DNA of 64,000 nucleotides, taken from assembly GCA_964505155.1 (NCBI GenBank), contig CAZDGL010000003.1, positions 5,728 to 69,727 of the forward strand, given 5' to 3'. Positions 43,108 to 52,291 of the stretch are shown one piece after another. Position 1 is the stretch's first letter, and each line of letters begins with the position of its first letter. The translations under genes were made by a program, and so were the position numbers. The notes beneath the pieces are model-generated. The model was not told the origin of the DNA. It saw nothing but the letters and a program-made list of their open reading frames with translations, and did not search any database. The stretch is from an uncultured Candidatus Saccharibacteria bacterium. GTDB taxonomy: Bacteria; Patescibacteriota; Minisyncoccia; Phycocordibacterales; UBA9973.

Positions 43108-43845
43108 ATGGCAACTGAAAAAATATATCTATATGGCAAACATGCTCTCTCAGAGGCTCTTTTGGCTCACCCAGAAGTAGTGCAAAAGGTATTTTTGAGT
43201 AAGGAAATGGAGTCCGATAGTGAGCTTGGCGGTCTTTTAAAAAAGCACAATATCGCAGTCAGTAGTATGAAAGGGGAAGTCAAAAAGGACGTTGGCAGTG
43301 ACGCAGTTCACCAAGGAGTTATTGCAGTTATAAATCCTGAGAAGCTCTATAGCACCATGGAGCAAGCTTTAGAAGAAGCTTCAAAAAAACAAAACCCTTG
43401 TATCGTACTTCTGGATGAGCTTCACGATCCACACAATGTCGGTGCTATTGTTCGTAGCGCTGTAGCTTTTGGTGCTAGTGCTATTCTTATGCCTAAACAC
43501 AACCAGTCCCCAATAACTGGTGTGGTGATCAAAACCTCAGTTGGCATGGTTTTTCGCATACCGATAGTTTTGATAGGCAACGTCAACCAGACTATTCGTG
43601 ATCTCAAAGAAAAGGGATACTGGTCTTATGGACTTGTGATGAATGGTAGCACCAAGCTCTCTGAAGCTAAGTTTGATAGTCCGACGCTTATCATAGTAGG
43701 AAACGAATCAGTTGGCATAAGAGAAAAGACACTTGAGCTTTGTGATATCCCTCTTTCTATCCCGATGGACCAAAGGTGCGAGTCACTAAACGCTGCTACT
43801 GCTACTTCAGTAGTTTTATATGAATACAGTCGTGCAAATCTCTAG
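43108..43845 (+). CDS. rlmB: SpoU/TrmH-family 23S rRNA (guanosine-2'-O)-methyltransferase RlmB-like
   Basis: N-terminal L30e-like substrate-binding domain (LYGKHALSEAL); SpoU motifs LLDELHDPHNVGAIVRSAVAFG and IIVGNESVGIR...IPM. Confidence 0.8.
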   Translation: MATEKIYLYGKHALSEALLAHPEVVQKVFLSKEMESDSELGGLLKKHNIAVSSMKGEVKKDVGSDAVHQGVIAVINPEKLYSTMEQALEEASKKQNPCIVLLDELHDPHNVGAIVRSAVAFGASAILMPKHNQSPITGVVIKTSVGMVFRIPIVLIGNVNQTIRDLKEKGYWSYGLVMNGSTKLSEAKFDSPTLIIVGNESVGIREKTLELCDIPLSIPMDQRCESLNAATATSVVLYEYSRANL

Positions 43846-43877
43846 TTTGTACAAAAATTCTGTTATAATATTAAGTA

Positions 43878-45719
43878 ATGCAAAATGATGGTGAACGAAT
43901 AACATATTTCGGCGAAACAAATTTTCGTAACCAACAAACTCGCTTTGGTATCAAAAGTCGAGATAGAACTCGTCACATGTATGTGGTAGGAAAGAGTGGT
44001 GTAGGAAAATCTACGCTTTTAGAGAACATGGCTATACAAGACATTCAAAACGGTGAAGGTGTGGCAGTGCTCGATCCGCACGGAAGCTTTGCTGAGAAAA
44101 TGCTTGATTATGTTCCAGAGCATCGTATCAAGGATGTAGTTTATTTTGCTCCTTTTGATATAGACAATCCCGTTTCTTTTAACATGCTCGAGGATATCGG
44201 CGAAGACAAACGTCACTTTGTGGCGTCAGGTCTGATGAGTACCTTCAAAAAGATTTGGGTAGATGCCTGGAGTGCTCGTATGGAGTACATTCTCAACAAT
44301 ATTCTTTTGGCTCTGCTTGAATATCCAGATGCAACACTTTTGGGGGTAAATCGCATGCTCTCTGATAAGGCTTTTCGAAAAAAGGTTGTTGAAAATATCA
44401 AAGACCCTTCTGTTAAAGCTTTTTGGACTGATGAGTTTGAAAAGTATGGTGAGCGCTATATGCAAGAAGCTGGCGCAGCTATTCAAAACAAGATCGGTCA
44501 GTTTACTGCCAATCCGCTTGTTAGAAATATTATCGGTCAACCCAAGTCAAGTTTTGATGTTCGAGAAATGATGGACAACAAAAAGATTTTGATAGTCAAC
44601 TTATCAAAAGGGCGAATAGGAGAGCAAAACACAAGTCTTCTAGGGTCTATGATTATCACCAAGATATATATCGCAGCTATGAGTCGCGCAGACGTTTCGC
44701 ACACTCGTATGTCCGAGCTTCCGCCATTTTATTTTTATGTCGACGAGTTCCAGTCTTTTGCTAACGAATCTTTTGCCAACATTCTCTCTGAGGCGCGTAA
44801 ATACAAACTCGCTCTCATCATCGCCCACCAATATATTGCTCAAATGGAAGAATCTGTCCGTGACGCTGTCTTTGGAAACGTAGGGACAAGTGTTTCTTTT
44901 CGGGTTGGACCACTTGATTCAGAAATGCTCGAAAAGGTATATGCACCACAGTTTACTGCCAATGACTTGGTAAACCTAGGTTTTGCGCAGATCTACCTTT
45001 CTTTGATGATCAATGATATGGGTTCACAACCTTTTTCTGCCAAAACCTTAGCCCCAATACCTCGGCCCGATATTACTTACAAAAACGATGTTATCGAATG
45101 GACACGAAGTCGCTATGCTTTACCTAAAGAAAAAGTAGAACAAAATATCAGAGACTGGTTCTCTGCTGGAAATGAAGTACCCCCCAACTCTGAAAAACCA
45201 TCTTATGAAAAAAAGCCTTATGTTCCAAATGCAGGCAAAGACTCTTTTGCACCAAGATCAAAACCAGCTTATCAAAATACAAGCAACTCTTCACCCAAGA
45301 ACTTCTCAGAAAATAAAACTGAAAAACCAAAGGTCCACATGCCATTTAAAAAGGTCTTTGATGTTGATTTAAAAACTGAAAAACCAAAAGAAGAGACAGA
45401 AATTTCTTCTTTACTTGACTCTTTGGACACTGAGTCATCCAAAATTAATCAGTCCCCACAGCCTAAAATTTTTCCAAAGACCTCAACACCTTTCTCTGGA
45501 GAAAAGCCTCTTTCAGAGACTATTGCCCCAGTAAAGGTGGCAGAGAGAGGTCCTAAAGAAGCTAGTCGTAATCTTCTGAAAGAAGCTTTAATGAAAGCCA
45601 ATTTTCCCATAGAGGATAAAAAAATAGAACAAAAAGATGTTAATATAAAAACAGGAGATAAATCAGCAGATCAAACAGGTGAAATCTCTCACCAAGATTT
45701 ACAAAAAATATTAGAATAA
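43878..45719 (+). CDS. Soluble TraD/VirD4/TrwB-family (coupling-protein-like) P-loop ATPase with a ~180-aa disordered Lys/Pro/Ser-rich C-terminal tail
   Basis: HMYVVGKSGVGKSTLLE...GVAVLDPHG (P-loop plus DP.G), Walker B FYFYVDEFQSF, and TraG-D_C-like ...LALIIAHQYIAQ...VFGNVGTSVSFRV. No N-terminal TM helices. Confidence 0.65.
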   Translation: MQNDGERITYFGETNFRNQQTRFGIKSRDRTRHMYVVGKSGVGKSTLLENMAIQDIQNGEGVAVLDPHGSFAEKMLDYVPEHRIKDVVYFAPFDIDNPVSFNMLEDIGEDKRHFVASGLMSTFKKIWVDAWSARMEYILNNILLALLEYPDATLLGVNRMLSDKAFRKKVVENIKDPSVKAFWTDEFEKYGERYMQEAGAAIQNKIGQFTANPLVRNIIGQPKSSFDVREMMDNKKILIVNLSKGRIGEQNTSLLGSMIITKIYIAAMSRADVSHTRMSELPPFYFYVDEFQSFANESFANILSEARKYKLALIIAHQYIAQMEESVRDAVFGNVGTSVSFRVGPLDSEMLEKVYAPQFTANDLVNLGFAQIYLSLMINDMGSQPFSAKTLAPIPRPDITYKNDVIEWTRSRYALPKEKVEQNIRDWFSAGNEVPPNSEKPSYEKKPYVPNAGKDSFAPRSKPAYQNTSNSSPKNFSENKTEKPKVHMPFKKVFDVDLKTEKPKEETEISSLLDSLDTESSKINQSPQPKIFPKTSTPFSGEKPLSETIAPVKVAERGPKEASRNLLKEALMKANFPIEDKKIEQKDVNIKTGDKSADQTGEISHQDLQKILE

Positions 45720-45726
45720 ATTTTTT

Positions 45727-47052
45727 ATGATTCGTAACTTAGCGATATTTTTCGTTATAGTTCTTATAAAAACAAGCAGTTGCTATGCTGATATTTTAGT
45801 CACCGAAATAAACTGGATGGGAAGTACTGATAGTCAGTTTGCCGAATGGATAGAACTCTACAACAACTCAGATGAGGAGGTAAATCTTTCAGGTTGGAAG
45901 CTTTATGAAGCAGGTGGAGATACTTTGGTTTTTACTTTTACAAAAAAGATAGCAGGCAAATCTTATCTTTTGCTTGAGCGGACAACGACTAGTTCGCCAG
46001 ACCCAGTACCAAGTGTAAATGATGAATTAGGATCTTTTGGTGGGAGTGGGTTTTCAAACTCGGGTGAGTTTTTGGTTTTGAAAGACAATGCCAATAATAC
46101 TGTGCAGTCTTTAAACTTTTCTCCAGGCTGGCCAGCAGGAGATAGTGAAAGCAAAAAGACTATGCAGTGGGATGGATCAAAGTGGATAACCTCAAGTCCA
46201 ACACCAAAGGCAGGACTCACCAGTACTACTATCACCCCAGAAGAGCCAACTACTTCTGGAGGCGGGAGTTTTGTTCCTGAGAAATTTGAACCCAAAGTGA
46301 CTCTTAGTCTTCCTAAGGTTATCTACACAGATATCGTTTATGAATACAAGGCCGAAACGTATTTGGAATACGGGCTAGTTTATAATGGAGTTTTTGTTTG
46401 GAATATGGGAGACGGCACTATATATAAAAGCCAAAATCCGGAAATAGTGAAGCACAGATACAAATACCCTGGATCTTATATGGTATCTTTTGGGTACTAT
46501 CGAAATCCTTATGAAAAAAAGCCAGTTCTTTTTACCAAAGAAAAAAGATTGGTTGAAAATTCAAAACTAGTCTTTAAAGTACTTCCCGATAAAGGCTTTG
46601 AAATCACCAACAATACAAGCGATGACTTTGATGTCTCTCTTTGGATTATAAAGCTCTCTGACAATAACACTCTGACTTTACCAGAGCTTTCTTTGATTGC
46701 CCCTAAATCAACAATAATCATACCTTTTTCTAACTTCGGATTATCTTCTTATTTGGGTGAAGCGACTTTGTTGACCCCAGAATGGTTAGCTTTTGGGGCT
46801 GATCAGACTGAACCTATAAAATACACTAGCGTAAAGGTTGATAACAAAAAATCTCCTAGTCAAACTGGGGAAGTTTTAGGTGAAAGTGCTTTTGGAGAAA
46901 ATATTATAAAAGAAGAACTCAAGCAAGAAGGTGAAAAACCGATAAAAAACAACAAAGACTATACCCGTATTATAATCCTCAGTATAGCCTTAGTTATTGT
47001 TATTTTTCTTTTTGTTCTTTTAGAGAAGTTTATTGGGTCAAAGGAGGAGTGA
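45727..47052 (+). CDS. Lamin-tail-domain (LTD) containing cell-surface protein with C-terminal TM anchor
   Basis: Signal peptide; ILVTEINWMGSTDSQFAEWIELYNNSDEEVNLSGWKLY matches the LTD signature (Ei......d..EwiEl.N......L.Gw.L); C-terminal TM IIILSIALVIVIFLFVLL. Confidence 0.7.
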   Translation: MIRNLAIFFVIVLIKTSSCYADILVTEINWMGSTDSQFAEWIELYNNSDEEVNLSGWKLYEAGGDTLVFTFTKKIAGKSYLLLERTTTSSPDPVPSVNDELGSFGGSGFSNSGEFLVLKDNANNTVQSLNFSPGWPAGDSESKKTMQWDGSKWITSSPTPKAGLTSTTITPEEPTTSGGGSFVPEKFEPKVTLSLPKVIYTDIVYEYKAETYLEYGLVYNGVFVWNMGDGTIYKSQNPEIVKHRYKYPGSYMVSFGYYRNPYEKKPVLFTKEKRLVENSKLVFKVLPDKGFEITNNTSDDFDVSLWIIKLSDNNTLTLPELSLIAPKSTIIIPFSNFGLSSYLGEATLLTPEWLAFGADQTEPIKYTSVKVDNKKSPSQTGEVLGESAFGENIIKEELKQEGEKPIKNNKDYTRIIILSIALVIVIFLFVLLEKFIGSKEE

Positions 47053-47749
47053 TTTCTTCTACTACATCAGGCATATCGTCACCAAGCTCTTTTTCTATTT
47101 TCTCAAGCTCTTTTGAAACGATTTTATCTTCTTGTTTTGAAACCTTGGCCAAAGTTTCATCTACCGCCTTGAAAGCATCTTCATTTTTTTCATCTCCTTC
47201 AGTTGCGTATTTTTTGAGTTCTTCTTTTTGACTTTTTAGACTCTCTTCTAGATCCGCTGTTACCTTCAAAGCCTCTGTTGTATCTGTTTTTGCAAGTTCT
47301 TCAGAAAGATTTTCTATATGAGTGTCGAGTGCCCGTTGAGCTGTTTCTTGTTTGGCTTTGGTCAGTGTTTTGGTTGCGGCGAGTGTTTTTATTTCTCCTA
47401 GACGATTGTCTATGCGAGATTTTTGCCAAGAGATTTTATCACTTGGATTTTTGATAAATGCACCTTTAACTTCTTCATTGACATTAACCTTGAAAGAGTA
47501 AAGTGCGTCTCCTGGAAGAGAGTTGTCAGCCACTACAGAAACACTACCACCGACAAAGATTATAAATATAAAAGTAGAAAGTCCGATACGCAGTCCGTGT
47601 TGTAGACCTGTATAAAATATAGAAACACGAGGTTTTGATTCGAGTGTCTGGATACTACGAGCAACTGAAGCACGCAAAACAGACCTCTCTTTTTCCGTTA
47701 GAGAGATACTCTTTAGCATCTTTAGTTGTTCTAGTTTTTTATCAATCAT
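47030..47749 (-). CDS. Putative anti-sigma factor (single TM, extracytoplasmic coiled-coil domain)
   Basis: Translationally coupled, overlapping the stop of the upstream ECF sigma gene by 8 nt; short cytoplasmic N-domain, one TM (IGLSTFIFIIFVGGSVSVVA), helical C-terminus. Confidence 0.5.
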   Translation of the reverse strand: MIDKKLEQLKMLKSISLTEKERSVLRASVARSIQTLESKPRVSIFYTGLQHGLRIGLSTFIFIIFVGGSVSVVADNSLPGDALYSFKVNVNEEVKGAFIKNPSDKISWQKSRIDNRLGEIKTLAATKTLTKAKQETAQRALDTHIENLSEELAKTDTTEALKVTADLEESLKSQKEELKKYATEGDEKNEDAFKAVDETLAKVSKQEDKIVSKELEKIEKELGDDMPDVVEEITPPLTQ

Positions 47750-48260
47750 AATGTGTTTCGTTGTAAAATGTTTTGAGTTTTTGAATAATTCTATGAATTC
47801 TAACTGTCATAGCATTGGTTGTTTTGTTGAACAATGTCGCTATCTCTTCTATAGGCTTTTCTTCGGTATAGCGTAAAAAGATTATTTGCCTACTTTCTTC
47901 ATCAAGTTCTTCGAGGAGTCCTTGAACCATTTTGATGTCGTCATTTTTTAGTATTTCTTCGCTATGGTTGTTGGTCTGTGGTTCAAAGCCAGAATCAAGC
48001 AGATCTTCAAGTGAAGAGCTTTTACTTTTTTTGTAGTAGTCGATAACCGCATTTTTGGCAATTCGATACACAAAAGCTTGCTCGTGCTCTATAGCACCGC
48101 CCTTTGCTATATAACCCCAAAGTCTGACAAAAGTGTCCTGGGTGATGTCTAGGGCTGTTTGCCTACCTCCTACACGAAAAAAAACAAAACGAAATATCGC
48201 ATCTTGGTACTCTTCAAAAAGCTTGTGAAATAAGGCTTGTTTTTGGTTTTCGGAATTCAT
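47742..48260 (-). CDS. ECF-type RNA polymerase sigma-70 family factor
   Basis: Region 2 (DITQDTFVRLWGYI...AFVYRIAKNAVIDYYKK) and region 4 HTH (IIFLRYTEEKPIEEIATLFNKTTNAMTVRIHRIIQKLK). ATG at 48260; the track start at 48287 is TTG. Confidence 0.75.
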   Translation of the reverse strand: MNSENQKQALFHKLFEEYQDAIFRFVFFRVGGRQTALDITQDTFVRLWGYIAKGGAIEHEQAFVYRIAKNAVIDYYKKSKSSSLEDLLDSGFEPQTNNHSEEILKNDDIKMVQGLLEELDEESRQIIFLRYTEEKPIEEIATLFNKTTNAMTVRIHRIIQKLKTFYNETHYD

Positions 48261-48340
48261 AGAACCATTTACTCTTAGTGACGACAAAACGCCACAAATA
48301 TTACATTATTATAGCCTAAAATACCGATTTTGGGCATATC

Positions 48341-48349
48341 TGGTATAAT
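48341..48349 (+). promoter_or_regulatory. Extended -10 promoter element TGgTATAAT for the NDH-2 gene
   Basis: tggtataat 10 nt upstream of the ATG at 48359; no good -35, consistent with an extended -10 promoter. Confidence 0.4.
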
Positions 48350-48358
48350 CTTTATATT

Positions 48359-49558
48359 ATGGACAAACAGTCTCCCAAAAAAGTCGTTATTATCGGAGGT
48401 GGTTTTGGTGGGATTGCAGTAGCCAAAAAGCTTGCTAAGCAGAAAAACCTTGAAATAACCCTCATTACTAAAAACCCTCTTTTTGAGTATTACCCAGCGC
48501 TCTATAAGCTTGTCACCGGTGCTTTGGCTATCGAAGTCTGTGTCCCTTATAACAAGATTTTCAAAGCTTCTAGCAATACAACGGTTTTGGAAGGTTTTTA
48601 CGAATCATACGATAAGGACTCCAAAATAGTCACACTCCTTGATGGTAGGACATTTTCTTATGATTATCTAGTTTTGGCGATGGGAAGTCAGACCAACTAT
48701 TTCAACATTCCAGGGATAGAGGAGTTTGCCTTTGCTTTCAAGTCTTCTTTTGAAGCACTCAAGCTCAAACAACATTTTCTAGATCTCTTGCGTGTATCTC
48801 AAGATATATCTAAGGAAGAGCTGGTTGAAAGATACCACGTAACAGTTGTCGGAGGTGGTCCATCAGGGGTTGAGCTTGCTGGAGATATCACTACTTATCT
48901 ACGCAAAATGACTAAGCGCTATCATGTAGACCCTAGCTTTGTTACTGTGGATCTCATCGAATCCAATCCTAGGGTTTTGGCAATGCTTCCTGAGAGTGTT
49001 TCTCGAAAAGCTGAAGCTAGACTGCGAAAACTAAAGGTCAATATCTATACCAACAGAACTTTGCAAGCCCAAGACTTAGACAATGTCACCGCTAGTGGTA
49101 TGACTATGCGTTCGGGGACAGTAGTTTGGACTGCTGGCACAAAGATTAACGACTCATTTTCTTCTTTTGATTTAGATGCAAAAAAAAGAGTTAAGGTCAC
49201 AGGAGATTTTTCACTAGAGAATGATCCAAATGTTTTTGTGATTGGTGACGGCGCTGGTGCTCCAGGAGCAGGGTTGGCTCAAGGCGCTATTGTTCATGGT
49301 AAATACGTAGGCGAGCTTATTGTCTCAAAAATTAAAAATAAAAAACTTAAACCTTTCAAACTCAAAACTATCGGATATCTTGTGCCTATCGGACACTCTT
49401 GGGCTGTGCTTAGTTACAAAAACATAACAATTTCAGGATTTATTCCTTGGATTATGAGAAGTTTTGTAGATTTTAAATACTTTACAAGTATTGTCCCGTT
49501 TTCTTATGTTTTGGAAGTCTTTAGACAAGGTAAAAAATATAGAAAAGGACAATGTTAA
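48359..49558 (+). CDS. ndh: Type II NADH dehydrogenase-like FAD/NAD(P)-dependent oxidoreductase
   Basis: Two Rossmann motifs (KKVVIIGGGFGGIAVAKKL; HVTVVGGGPSGVELAGDI) and C-terminal membrane-association helix; 399 aa. Confidence 0.8.
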   Translation: MDKQSPKKVVIIGGGFGGIAVAKKLAKQKNLEITLITKNPLFEYYPALYKLVTGALAIEVCVPYNKIFKASSNTTVLEGFYESYDKDSKIVTLLDGRTFSYDYLVLAMGSQTNYFNIPGIEEFAFAFKSSFEALKLKQHFLDLLRVSQDISKEELVERYHVTVVGGGPSGVELAGDITTYLRKMTKRYHVDPSFVTVDLIESNPRVLAMLPESVSRKAEARLRKLKVNIYTNRTLQAQDLDNVTASGMTMRSGTVVWTAGTKINDSFSSFDLDAKKRVKVTGDFSLENDPNVFVIGDGAGAPGAGLAQGAIVHGKYVGELIVSKIKNKKLKPFKLKTIGYLVPIGHSWAVLSYKNITISGFIPWIMRSFVDFKYFTSIVPFSYVLEVFRQGKKYRKGQC

Positions 49559-50298
49559 AAACAGACTGGGACAATATATCATCATGGTACGAAGACTATC
49601 TAGGAGGAGAAGATACCTACCAAGCCAAAGTTATTGCGCCCAACCTTTTGCGTATGCTCGAGATCAAGAAAGGCGAAAGTGTCTTGGATCTTGCTTGTGG
49701 GGAAGGGTTTTTTGCTCGGTTGGTAAGAGCTAGTGGGGCAGTAGTCTCTGGAGTAGATCTCTCAAAAGAGCTCATCTTAAAAGCTCAAAATAAATCAAAA
49801 GACATTGGTTATCTCAATTCTCCAGCTCATAATACTAAGATAGAAAAAGAGTCTTTTGATAAAGCTTTTACCGTTTTGGCATTTGAAAATATAAAAAACA
49901 TAGATGAAGTAGTTTTGGAAATCAAGAGAGTGCTCAAACCAGGAGGGAAGTTTTTGTTGGTTATGCTCCATAATGCTTTTCGTATACCCAAGCATAGTGA
50001 CTGGGCTTTTGACTCCAAGAAAGATTTGCAATATAGAAGAGTAGACAAATACCTCTCAGAAATAAAGATAGAGATAGAACTCAACCCTCACAAAGGAAGC
50101 AAAAAAACTAGCTCAATCACTTTTCACCGACCTCTTCAGTGGTATATGAAGATTTTCAAAAAGCATGGTTTTGTTATGACAGGCTTAGAAGAATGGATTT
50201 CTCACAAGAAAAGCGGTGCAGGTCCTAGACAAAAAGCAGAGGATTTAGCCCGCAAAGAGTTTCCGATGTTTCTTGCTCTTGAACTCAAAAAGCTTTAG
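49552..50298 (+). CDS. Class I SAM-dependent methyltransferase
   Basis: Motif I VLDLACGEGFF, motif post-I VSGVDLS, motif II-like LKPGGKFLLV; overlaps the ndh stop. Confidence 0.7.
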   Translation: MLKTDWDNISSWYEDYLGGEDTYQAKVIAPNLLRMLEIKKGESVLDLACGEGFFARLVRASGAVVSGVDLSKELILKAQNKSKDIGYLNSPAHNTKIEKESFDKAFTVLAFENIKNIDEVVLEIKRVLKPGGKFLLVMLHNAFRIPKHSDWAFDSKKDLQYRRVDKYLSEIKIEIELNPHKGSKKTSSITFHRPLQWYMKIFKKHGFVMTGLEEWISHKKSGAGPRQKAEDLARKEFPMFLALELKKL

Positions 50299-50348
50299 AT
50301 AAATTGACTTTTGTATTTTTTGTCTTATACTGAAAAAAATTAACAACT

Positions 50349-50558
50349 ATGAAAAATAAAATAAGTCGAATTGGATGGTGGACAACCTTAACCATTGTCG
50401 GACTGGTGATTGCCATAGTGATCCAACTATTTACCAGATATTGGATTTGGTGGGAGTGGATTATCTATGCAGTTATTTTCATCGTAGTATGCCTTTTAGT
50501 TTTTTTAGGTTGTTTTCTTTGGATTTTTAAAGATGTAAATATAGAAGATGACCAATAA
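50349..50558 (+). CDS. Small two-TM membrane protein, hypothetical
   Basis: 69 aa with two hydrophobic helices. Confidence 0.4.
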   Translation: MKNKISRIGWWTTLTIVGLVIAIVIQLFTRYWIWWEWIIYAVIFIVVCLLVFLGCFLWIFKDVNIEDDQ

Positions 50559-50625
50559 AGATTTTTATCAAAGGCGTTATTCATTGTAAAAGAGCTTACT
50601 ATTTTGTAAGCTCTTCTTGTTTTCA

Positions 50626-50838
50626 TTAATACTTTTTACCACCAAAGTTATTTTTTGTTGTTCCTGCGTATTGCGGTCCCCCTTTTTCATCGTAGACTGA
50701 AGATATCTCAGAGTGTTTTGTTTTAAAAAACTTTTCTTCGATTCCGTCGTCTTCATCTTCAAACTTCTCGCTATCTTTAGTAGGTGGTATAAGCTCATTG
50801 GTTAGGTACAGTGTTTTTATGCTTTTTATATCTAACAT
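50626..50838 (-). CDS. Hypothetical small acidic protein (uncertain)
   Basis: ATG-initiated portion of the 85-aa track ORF; competes with an overlapping 73-aa ORF in another frame. Weak. Confidence 0.2.
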   Translation of the reverse strand: MLDIKSIKTLYLTNELIPPTKDSEKFEDEDDGIEEKFFKTKHSEISSVYDEKGGPQYAGTTKNNFGGKKY

Positions 50839-50869
50839 AACTAACGTTTTGTATACTGTATCATAATGT

Positions 50870-51481
50870 TTATTTTTCCTCAATTTTCTTTAATATTAAG
50901 AGTATTTTTTTGAAGTCTTTAATCAATACTTCTCTCATACTGCCATTATATAAAGCGGCGGCAGGGTGATATAGAGGTAAGAAATGTTCGGTATCTATGC
51001 CAGGAATATTTTGGACGATGAGTTTGCCATGTGCTTCAGAGATTTTTAATTCTGGAAAAAAGTGATTCATAGAATGTCGTCCCAAAAACACTATGAGCTT
51101 GGGTGCGATAGTATTGAGCTCTTCATGTAGCCACTCTTTGCAAGCTTCTTTTTCGCTTGGTAGTGGATCACGATTATTAGGTGGTCGGTATTTTACAATA
51201 TTGGTTATATAGATATCAGAGCGAGACATTTTGATACTTGCAAGCATCTCGCTTAGAAATTTTCCTGCAGCTCCGACAAATGGCACGCCTGTCTCGTCTT
51301 CTTTTTTGCCAGGTGCCTCACCGATAAATACCACTTGTGCTTTTGAGTTCCCATCGCCAAAAACTGCTCTAGTGGCAGTATTTTTGAGCTCACAAGTGCA
51401 GTTTTCCTGCCAAAAAGTATTTATTTCTTCTAAGCTTTTTTGGCTAGATTTAGGCATGGTTTTATGATACCATGAAGGCAT
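50870..51481 (-). CDS. ung: Uracil-DNA glycosylase, family 4
   Basis: FGDGNSKAQVVFIGEAPGKKEDETGVPFVGAAGKFL matches the family-4 UDG motif GEAPG..ED..G.PFVG.AG. ATG at 51481 gives a typical 203-aa protein; the upstream 340 nt of the track ORF are low-complexity. Confidence 0.75.
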   Translation of the reverse strand: MPSWYHKTMPKSSQKSLEEINTFWQENCTCELKNTATRAVFGDGNSKAQVVFIGEAPGKKEDETGVPFVGAAGKFLSEMLASIKMSRSDIYITNIVKYRPPNNRDPLPSEKEACKEWLHEELNTIAPKLIVFLGRHSMNHFFPELKISEAHGKLIVQNIPGIDTEHFLPLYHPAAALYNGSMREVLIKDFKKILLILKKIEEK

Positions 51482-51716
51482 GTTTGGACTAAAAAAGATG
51501 CTCACCAACAAACTGTTGGAGCGACAATTAAAAGCTTTGCCAGAAGCACAAAGACAAATGATTATGGAGGCGGTGAACGCCAACCCTGATTTTTTCAACA
51601 AGCTTGCCAAAGAAATAGAGGCTGAAAAAAAGGCCGGCAAAAGCGAGATGGCAGCTTCTATGGAAGTTATGCGTAAGCACCAAGGCGAATTACAAAAACT
51701 AATGATGGGTAAGTAG
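51480..51716 (+). CDS. Small helical hypothetical protein (78 aa; alternative start 51498)
   Basis: Charged, helix-prone sequence (LPEAQRQMIMEAVNANPDFFNKLAKEIEAEKKAG). Its start abuts or overlaps the divergent ung start, so either its true start is internal or it is not expressed. Confidence 0.3.
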   Translation: MFGLKKMLTNKLLERQLKALPEAQRQMIMEAVNANPDFFNKLAKEIEAEKKAGKSEMAASMEVMRKHQGELQKLMMGK

Positions 51717-51827
51717 TTTCTGAGCCTCTCTTTTGGTATCGTGTTGATGTAGTACAAAATGACAAGGGAACAAAACCGATACTGTTTCAGTCTGGAATCA
51801 AATTCTTTTATCACAAATGTCATTTGT

Positions 51828-51861
51828 CAATAAATAAAAACCTCTCGATTGAGAGAGGTTT
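51828..51861 (-). terminator. Rho-independent terminator for gene 51868-52206 (-)
   Basis: 9-bp stem aaacctctc/gagaggttt; on the minus strand it is followed by TTTTTATTTA. Confidence 0.55.
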
Positions 51862-51867
51862 GGTGTC

Positions 51868-52206
51868 TTAAACACAAATTTCTTTTTTGCAAAGATCGAT
51901 ATATTTTCGTGTAAGGCGGTACCTTTGAGGATCTGTTGCTATTGGGTAATCAAAGCAGTCTTTGATGCCAAAATTATAAAAGGCATGCATAAGTTTTTTC
52001 CATCGAACAACACCAACGCCGTGGGAGACGTTGTAATCCCTTGTCCACATTTCTAAAAGGTCACCTACACAGGTTGCTTTTTGAAGGTGCGTGTTAAAAG
52101 GACGTTTGATGATACCTTTCCAGTCTTTAAGGTTTGTGAAAGTAAAAAAGTGTTCCAGGGGCGTCTTTAAGAGCCAAGTTTTCTGATCTATTTTTTTGAA
52201 CTCCAT
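51868..52206 (-). CDS. Hypothetical protein (112 aa)
   Basis: ATG start; Trp/Cys-containing globular-looking sequence; own terminator; divergent from the 52292 gene. Confidence 0.5.
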   Translation of the reverse strand: MEFKKIDQKTWLLKTPLEHFFTFTNLKDWKGIIKRPFNTHLQKATCVGDLLEMWTRDYNVSHGVGVVRWKKLMHAFYNFGIKDCFDYPIATDPQRYRLTRKYIDLCKKEICV

Positions 52207-52239
52207 TTTATAACGTTTTCTCTACCTTACGACATTTTA

Positions 52240-52268
52240 TTGACTTTGTAAAGTAGGTAGGCTAGAAT
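52240..52268 (+). promoter_or_regulatory. Sigma70-type promoter TTGACT-17-TAGAAT
   Basis: ttgact at 52240-52245, 17-nt spacer, tagaat at 52263-52268, 24 nt before the ATG at 52292. Confidence 0.55.
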
Positions 52269-52291
52269 ACAAAAAATAAAAATTGTTACTT

